Below, piece after piece: positions 56,301 to 64,000 of a DNA stretch of 64,000 nt (its first letter is position 1; each line of letters begins with the position of its first letter). The stretch comes from the human T2T-CHM13v2.0 reference genome, Homo sapiens. The notes beneath the pieces are model-generated. The model was not told the DNA's origin. It ran no database searches and saw only the letters and a program-made list of their open reading frames with translations. Where the stretch lies: the NCBI RefSeq assembly GCF_009914755.1, contig NC_060929.1; one strand, 5' to 3'. A program made the translations under genes and the position numbers.

Positions 56301-57754
56301 AACAAATTAAACCATGCCACTCACACAATGTTCATCTATCTCATAAGTTTTTGCTATTCTCCTGTTGATTTTACATTTAATGAGGGATAAATTCTATTTT
56401 CACAATCATAATCAAATAGTACCTAGAGAATAAAAGCTACTAAGACAAGACAACCCTCAATTCAATTAATAACTAATCCCTCTCTTTTTCAGAGGTACAT
56501 CAGTTGTTCCTCCAGGATTAAAACCCCTCCTGTTTTACAATAAAAAAGCAGACAGATGACAGGATCTCATTAAACATCTATTGTGCACCCACACAAAAAA
56601 AATTAAGTAGGCAGATGCTCTGATTATTTAAAGCAACACACAGAGTTTTAGGATGAAGTTTTATTTCTGAATTTTAACTTATGCACAACTTGTAAAATGT
56701 TACTTCATTTATAAATAAAGCAGCACTAACTTGGTAACTTGGAATCACTGTATTTTTCTTCATAAAGAATAAAGTCAGGATAACAGTTAGCTCTCTTTGT
56801 TTCTGAATAATGATTCAACATTAATTTAGATATTAGAAGCTCTCACATGCAAGTGTGTGTGCATGCACTCACACACACTACTCTGAAGAGGTAGAATATG
56901 AGGAAATAAGATACACATACACAGAGAAGGAATATGTAACATTTAATTTTAACCTCAATGACAGGAGGAGGAGCACCAATAATCTAAAAAAAAAAAGAAA
57001 TCCCAAAAGTTTTGGATTAGCTGCCTCTCTAGCTAAGTATATATTTTATTGCTAATCAATATGGCATGACCAAAATTATAGCAATGAAAATAGTCATAAT
57101 TATCATCAAGTAATGAAAATAATATTTATGTGCTCAACAGTATTACTTATATATTCTGATTAAATCATGTGCTATTGAAAGCAGGATGAAGTAGAGCTTA
57201 TTTTATATCTTAGAATTCTTTTCCATCAATGTCAGTTTAGGAAATGAAAGTTATTAGAATTTCAATGTAATTAATTCATTTGCAATTGGTGTCTATTTGG
57301 TTATGTATTTTTTCATAGATATAGTCTGAGAGACATTATCTGGTAACTTTTATCATGTCTCTGAGAAACCAATTTTCTGTAAGGCCTAATTTTTTTTCTT
57401 AAATAAATATGTATCTGCTCATGCATATACCAACTTCATGGATTCCAAACAATAAAAAAGTTAATTGTAAGGATTGGACAGAATCTACATTTTAAATGCT
57501 ATTTAAAACATTATCACACTGTAGTGGAGGAATCATAAACTGCAGAAGTTTTTCAACCATGCCACCACAAACTACATCTCTACAAAATGTTTTGTACTTT
57601 TACTTTAAAGAACTAAAATTGGAAACAAAGAGTGGAGAATTATTTCTTCCCTTTCTCTTCCCTTCATCCTCATTCTAGCACCAGTCATACCTGACCATGA
57701 TTTTTAAAGAGTATAAATTACTCCTCTTCTCAGAGGTAGAAATACACAGAAAAA

Positions 57755-58517
57755 TACACAAAAACCAAATTCTGTCAAAATATATTTAAAGAGGTTTATT
57801 CAGAGCCAGTATAAGTGACCAAGGCCTGGGTTACACTATCTCAAGAGGTTCTGAAAGCGTGCCCAAGGCAACCGGGTTACACTTTGGTTTTATACATTCC
57901 AAGGAGACAACCAACTGCAGGTAATTGCAGGTAGGTCAGGGTAGGAGCTTGTACGTCATAAGGGGCTTTTAGGGATCCTTTAGTTGACAATTGGTTGAGA
58001 GAGTTATGCTATCGTCTAAAGTCTTGAAATCGATAGAAAGGAATGCCTGAGTTCAGATAAGAGTGGGGGAAAGACCAAGGATCTTATTAAGTAGATGAAG
58101 CCTCATAGGTGGCCCTCAGAGAGAATAGATGGTAAATGTTTCTTTTCAGACCTTTAAAGGTATCAGACTCTCAATCACTCCTAGGTCCTGGAAAGGCATA
58201 GAAAGGGGAAGCATGGCTGCATTAATGAAGATTCTCCATAGATGCAAATTTCCTCTACCTCAGTTTGCTGGCCTTGCAACAGCCATTTCAAAAGACATCA
58301 AAGAAATATATTTTAGGGCAAAATATTTTTATATCCTTCAGGGTCTGCTGTCTGTTATGTGATGCTGTACCAGAGTCAGGTTGGAAAGCAAGCCACATTA
58401 TATAGGGTTAATAAAAAACCCATGTAAAGAGATGTTATCATTCGTAGGGCTGACTCCCAGTTTCTTTAAATAGGAATTTGGGCAAGATGAAAAAAAAAAA
58501 TCAGAATTTAGTCCTCA
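57755..58517 (-). mobile_element. MER4 (MER4E-like) ERV1 solo LTR
   Basis: aaagaggtttatt..gagcc, gtgcccaagg, ttggttttatacatt and agagaatagatggtaaatgtttc motifs. Minus strand begins TGAGGACTAAATTCTGATTTT. Confidence 0.82.
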
Positions 58518-59698
58518 ACTCAAATATTTTATTCATTCAAACGCTTATTCAAACTACCGAATCCTCCAATAACAGAAAGTATAGTGTCCATCCTGAAGAC
58601 TTTCATCCCATCTCACAGCATGTTTTCTCCTAGTACACCCTGATTGTCCAAGGACTTCTGAGAACACCATTCCAGAAGAGGTCATGATCTCAACAACTGT
58701 CACAGAAAGAAAGAATACAGGAAGACAAGATGCGAAAGTTATGTCAGTGGCTTTCATTCATCACACCACTACGTACTGGTTCTCTAGTACTGTGCTGTTA
58801 TGATCCTCCTGACTTTTACCCTGTGAATATCCTAGTGCTTTTATATCAGTCTCACATCCTCAACACGCTGGTTTCCATAAAAACGCAACCAAGTCAGATG
58901 GCTGTGATCTGGTGGGATTCTAGTTCCATTTGCAGCCTCCAAAGCAGTCTTTTACCTAAGAACACTCAGGCCTCCAAGGTTAAGATAACAGTATACTCCA
59001 ATGCAAAATTCTCTACCTCCCTACTTCAGGTCCCAGGGACTCTCAACTGCCAGTCACTTTGAACAATAAGAACAGACACTTAAATGATGATAACTAATGG
59101 CAGCAGCACTAATGTAAGAACGCTGGAACTATTAGTACTCTCATCTTCCAGATGAGAGAACTCAATAACATGATTTACATAAACTGCCTGAAGATACAGT
59201 AGAATAATAATAATGAAATCCAGGCATTGTGGACCTGAATGCTGCTACCTAGCTACTCCTCTTTGTGGCTTCTCCATTGTCTTTTCCTGCCAGTTCAGTT
59301 CTAACAGGAATAAACAGACGCTATTCAAAAGCTTTTCAAGTCTGAATGAAGATGTACCTAGGGTTGGTGTTGATGAACTTTCCCTCACTCTTCCTTAAGG
59401 AAATTTGTTCTTTCCTGCCATTTGAGAGACATGTTCTTCCTCTTCTTCTTCAAAGAGCTAAAATGCACCTTTATTTGCATAATGAAGATAGTGCAGTGAA
59501 GTACTTTCTTGCGTTGTCAAGGAAATGAGCTCCAAAGGAACTTCCTTTTAGCATAGAGAAAGCTGCTGTTTTTATTTACTTGCATTTTGCATATGAATAT
59601 ATTTTAATTTAGTTTCAACAGGTAACTGAATTAGAAAGTGAAATTATAAAGTCATTTCTCCAAGAAAGAAGGTAGAGCTTATAAATATTAGTAATCTT

Positions 59699-60000
59699 AG
59701 CTGGGCACGATGACTTACGCCTGTAATCCCAGCACTTTGGGAGGCTGATGCGGGCCAATCACCTGAGGTCAGGAGTTTGTGACCAGCCTGGCCAATATGG
59801 TGAAACCCTGTCTCTACTAAAAGTACAAAAATTAGTCTCTACTAAAAATACAAAAATTAGCCATATGTGGTGGCACGTGCCTGTAATCCCAATTACTTGG
59901 GAGGGTGAGGCAGAAATTGCAGTGAGCTGAGACTGCACCACTGCACTCCAGCTTGGTGAACAGAGTGAGACTCCGCCTAAAAATAAATAAATAAATAAAT
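59699..60000 (+). mobile_element. AluS with a 25-bp internal duplication and a right-arm deletion
   Basis: TSD aaatatta(g/a)taatctt at 59683-59698 and 60001-60016, and a (TAAA)n tail. Confidence 0.94.
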
Positions 60001-60164
60001 AAATATTAATAATCTTTTAAAGAAATGATTGTGGCTATTTCTAGGTCTAATGATACTTGCTTAATCGTATTGAAAACAATGTTATTTCTTTGAATGGCAA
60101 TGGAATGTAAAATATTTAAAAAACGCAATTTGACTTTTTTTACTTTTTAAAATTTATGTAGCTG

Positions 60165-60449
60165 GGCCGGGCACCCTGGCTCATGCCTGTAATCCCAGCA
60201 CTTTGGGAGGCTGAGACTGGAGGATCACAAGGTCAGGAGATCGAGACCATCCTAGCTAACACGGTGAAACCCCGTCTCTACTAAAAACACAAAAAAATTA
60301 GCTGGGCGTGGTGGTGGGCACCTGTAGTACCAGCTACTCGGGAGGCTGAGGCAGGAGAATGGCATGAACCTGGGAGGTGGAGCTTGCAGTGAGTTTGAGA
60401 TTGCTCCACTGCACTCCAGCCTGGGTGACAGAGCGACACTCTGTCTCAA

Positions 60450-60483
<34 letters not shown>

Positions 60484-60485
60484 AT
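60165..60485 (+). mobile_element. AluY with (AAT)n tail
   Basis: gatcgagaccatcct.gctaacacggtgaaacccc and gagcttgcag diagnostics. TSD aaaatttatgtagctg. Confidence 0.95.
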
Positions 60486-60900
60486 AAAATTTATGTAGCT
60501 GATATATTACTATAACCTCACTTGCATTTTTAAATTATTTTACTGGTTCTCTCTTTTTACTTTTATCTTACCTATGCTGTATTTGAAGTTAGTTTTATAT
60601 AGACAGAATTTTAAAAATTATTTATTTATGGGGTACAAATGCAATTTGGACAATATTGTTGGCCATGGTTTTTCGTTTTTGATTTTTGTTTTTTTAACTA
60701 CTCTGCCAATCTATGTTTTTTAGTTGGTTTCTATAGGCCTTTTATGTTTAACAATTTGTATGTTGTGGTTGATGTCTACCACTTTGTTATTTGTTTCTGT
60801 TTGTTTCTGTTTCTTATTCCTCTGTGTCTTTTTCTTGCTTTCCAATGGGTTACATAAACATGTTAAGTTTCCATCTTAATTTATTTATAGTGTTTTAAAT

Positions 60901-62140
60901 ACAATGTTGCATCACTTAATGACAAAAATTACATTCTGAGAAATGCATTAGGCAATTTCTTCACTGTGTAACATCATATAGTGTATTCTATGTGTAAATA
61001 GAGATAGCATAACCTACTACTCACCCTAGGTTATGTGGTACAGCCTATTGATCCTAGGCTACAAACCTATACAGCATGTTACTGTGCTGAATACTGTAGG
61101 CATCTGCAACACAACGGTAAATATTTGTGTATCTAAACATAAAAAAAGGTACAGTAAAAAATCCAGTCAAAACATCAAAAATGGTATACCTGATTAGGGC
61201 ACTTACTATAAATGAAGTTTGCAGGGCTAGGAGTTGCTCTGGGAGAGTTAGTGAGTAAGTGGTGAGTGAGCGTAAATGCCTAGGGCATCATTGTACAAAA
61301 CTGTAGACTTTATAAACACTGAATTTATAAAATTTATAAAGAAACTTATTTCTTTCAAAATACATTAAACTTATCCTACAGTAACTTTTTTACTTTATAA
61401 ACTTTTTAACTTATTTTTAACTTTTTGACTCTTTTGTAACAACACTTAGCTTAAAACACATATTGTACACAGAAATACTTTATTTCCTTATATCCTTATT
61501 CTCTAAGATTTTTTTGTAATTTTACATCTTTTAATTTTTAATTTTTTTGTTGTTGTTGTTAAAAACAAAGACACAAATGCACATACTAGCGTAGGCCTAC
61601 ACAGGGTCAGTATGATCAACATCACTGTTTTCTACCTCCAGATCTTGTCCCACTGGAAGCTCCTCTAGGCCAATAATGCATATGGATCTGTCGACATCTA
61701 TGATAACAATGCCCTCTGAAATGCCTCGTGAAGGACCACTGTGAGGCTGTTTTACAGTTGCCTATTACTTTTTTTTTTTTTTTTTTTTGAGACAGAGTCT
61801 CGCTCTGTCGCCCAGGCTGGAGTGCAGTGGCGTGATCTCGGCTCACTGCAAGCTCCGCCTCCTGGGTTCACGCCATTCTCCTGCCTCAGCCTCCTGAATA
61901 GCTGGGAATATAGGCGCCCCCCACCAGGCCTGGCTAATTTTTTGTATTTTTAGTAGAGATGGGGTTTCACCATGTTAGCCAGGATGGTCTCCATCTCCTG
62001 ACCTCGTGATCTGCCCACCTCGGGCCTATTTCTTTTAATAAGTAGAAGGTGTACACTACAATAACAATAAAAAATATGGTGTAGTAAATACACAAAAATG
62101 TAATATATTTGTTTATTATTATTACTAAGTAAAATGTACT
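60901..62140 (-). mobile_element. Tigger3-like (TcMar-Tigger) DNA transposon remnant
   Basis: ttctgagaaatgc, cctaggctacaaacct.tacagcatgttactgt, aaggtacagtaaaaa and taggcctacacagggtcag motifs. Confidence 0.85.
61769..62023 (-). mobile_element. 5'-truncated AluY nested in Tigger3
   Basis: gcaagctccgcctcc, ttcacgccattc and gttagccaggatgg diagnostics. Stops at cctcgg, so the first ~45 nt are missing. TSD gcctatt(a/t)ctttt. Confidence 0.94.
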
Positions 62141-64000
62141 TGTATTAGTCCATTCTCACACTACTATAAAGACACTACCCGAGATTGGGTAATTCATAAA
62201 GGAAAGAGGTTTAATTGAGTCACAGTTCTGCATGGCTGAGGAGGCCTCATGGAACTTACAATCATGGTGAAATGGGAAGCAGTCATCTTCTTCACAAGAC
62301 AACAGGAGAGAGAAGGATTGTGTGTAGGAGGAGCTGTGAAACACTTAACAAAACCATCAGATCTCCTGAGAACTCACTCACTATCGTAAGAACAGTATGG
62401 CAGAAACCGCCCACATGATCCAATCACCTTCCACCAGATCCTGCCCTCAACACATGGGTATTATGAAGATTACAATTCAAGATGAGATTTGGGTGGGGAT
62501 ATAGAGCCAAAATATATCATTCCACCCCTGGCCCCTCCCAGATCTCACATATTTTTTACATTTCCAACCCAACATCATGCCTTCCTAACAGTCCCCCAGA
62601 GTCTTAAATCATTTCAGCAGTAACTCAACAGCCCACAGTTCAAAGTCTCATCTGAGACAAGGCAAGACGTTTTGGCCTATAAGCCTGTAAAATCAAAAGC
62701 AAGTTAGTTACTTCCTAGATACCATGAGGGTACAAGAATTGGATAAATGCTCCCATTCCAAATGGGAGAAATTAGTCAAAACAAAGGGGATGCAGGCCCC
62801 ATGAAAGTCTGAAACCCAGCAGGGCAGTCATTAAAACTTAAAGCTTTAAAATAATCTCCTTGTCTCCATGTTTCACATCCAGGGCATGTTAATGCAAGGG
62901 GTGGGCTCCCATGGCCTTGGGCAGTTCCTTCACAGGCTGGCATTGAGTGTCTGTGGCTTTTCCAGGTGCACAGTACAAGCTGTTGGTGGATCTTCCATTC
63001 AGGGGTCTGGAGAACAGTGGCCCTCTTCTCATAGCTTCACTAGGCAGTGCCCCAGTGGGGACTCTGTGTGGGAGCTTCAACCCCACATTTCCCTTCTGCA
63101 CTACCCTAGCAGAGGTTCTCCATGATGGCTCCACCCCTGCAACCAATCTCGACCTGGACATCCAGGCATTTCCATACAACCTATGAAATCTAGGCAGAGG
63201 TTTCCACACCTGAATTCTTGACTTCTGTGTACCCTCAGGCCCAACACCATATGGAATCCTCCAAGGCTTGGGGCTTGCACCCTCTGAATCAACAGATGAG
63301 CTGTACATTGGCTCCTTTTAGCCACGGCTGGAGCTGGAGTAGCAGCAGCTGGGACACAGGGCACCAAGTCCTGAGGTTGCCCAGAGCAACGGGGCCCTAG
63401 GCCCAGCCCATGAAACCATTTTTCCCTCAGAGGCTGCTGGGTCTGTGATGAGAAGGGCTGCCATGGAAGTCTCTGATACGCCCAAGAAAAATTTTGCCAT
63501 TGTTTTGGCTACTGTAATAACATTTGGCTTCTTGTTATTTAGGCAAATTTCTGTAGCCAGCTTGAATTCCTCCCCTGAAAAATGGGTTTTTCTTTTCTAC
63601 TGCATGGTCAGGCTGCAAATTTTCCAAACTTTTATGCCCTGCTTCCATTTTAAACATAAGTTCCAATTTGAGATAATGTTTCTCAAATTAAAAGTTCCAC
63701 AGATCTCTAGGACAGGGGCAAAATGCTTCCAGTCTCTTTGCTAAGGCAGAGTAACAGTGATCTTTGGGCTCTAGTTCCTAATGAGTTCTTGTCCATCCAA
63801 GACCACCTCAGCTTGGACTTCACTGTCTATATCACTATCAGCATTTTGGTCAAAACCATTCCACAGGTCCCTAGGAAGTTTCAAACTTTCTCACAACTTC
63901 CTGTCTTCTTCTGAGCCCTCCAAACACTTCCAACCTCTGCCCGATACCCAGTTCTAAAGTCACTTCCTCATTTTCAGTATCTTTATAGCAGTGCCCCACT
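62141..64000 (-). mobile_element. THE1-type MaLR element: LTR (62141-62519) plus near-complete internal region running off the window end
   Basis: LTR tgtattagtccattctcacact...gatgagatttgggtgggga...tatca. Internal text ttccacccctggcccctccc...caaagtctcatctgagacaagg...cactaggcagtgccccagtggggactctgtgtgg follows. Confidence 0.92.

Noticed and set aside
62868-63914. Cluster of overlapping ORFs in GC-richer sequence
   Set aside because: They lie entirely within THE1/MaLR internal sequence, with no independent gene evidence.

Overview
This is AT-rich primate (very probably human) DNA made mostly of intronic sequence and transposable-element fossils (Alu, L1, L2, MIR, MaLR/ERV LTRs, hAT and Tigger DNA transposons). 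Only one coding-type segment is recognisable, and the ORF track misses it: a 295-nt internal exon at 35862-36156 (+). It encodes most of EC1 and the start of EC2 of a type II classical cadherin that matches CDH12 as I recall it. The frame is open and both splice sites are intact, but two residues differ from my recollection of CDH12 (V>A and L>W). That favours a duplicated CDH12P copy in the chr5 segmental duplications (5q13 SMA region/5p) over the parent gene. I see no convincing new biological system. The best leads are: inverted Alus bracketing the exon (circRNA geometry), well-formed antisense exon and 3'-end signals, an antisense solo LTR12 with four CCAAT boxes, an unexplained ~100-nt hairpin, a chimeric Alu and 5'-inverted L1 insertions. 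Repeat subfamily names come from recalled consensus sequences, and boundaries of old elements are approximate.
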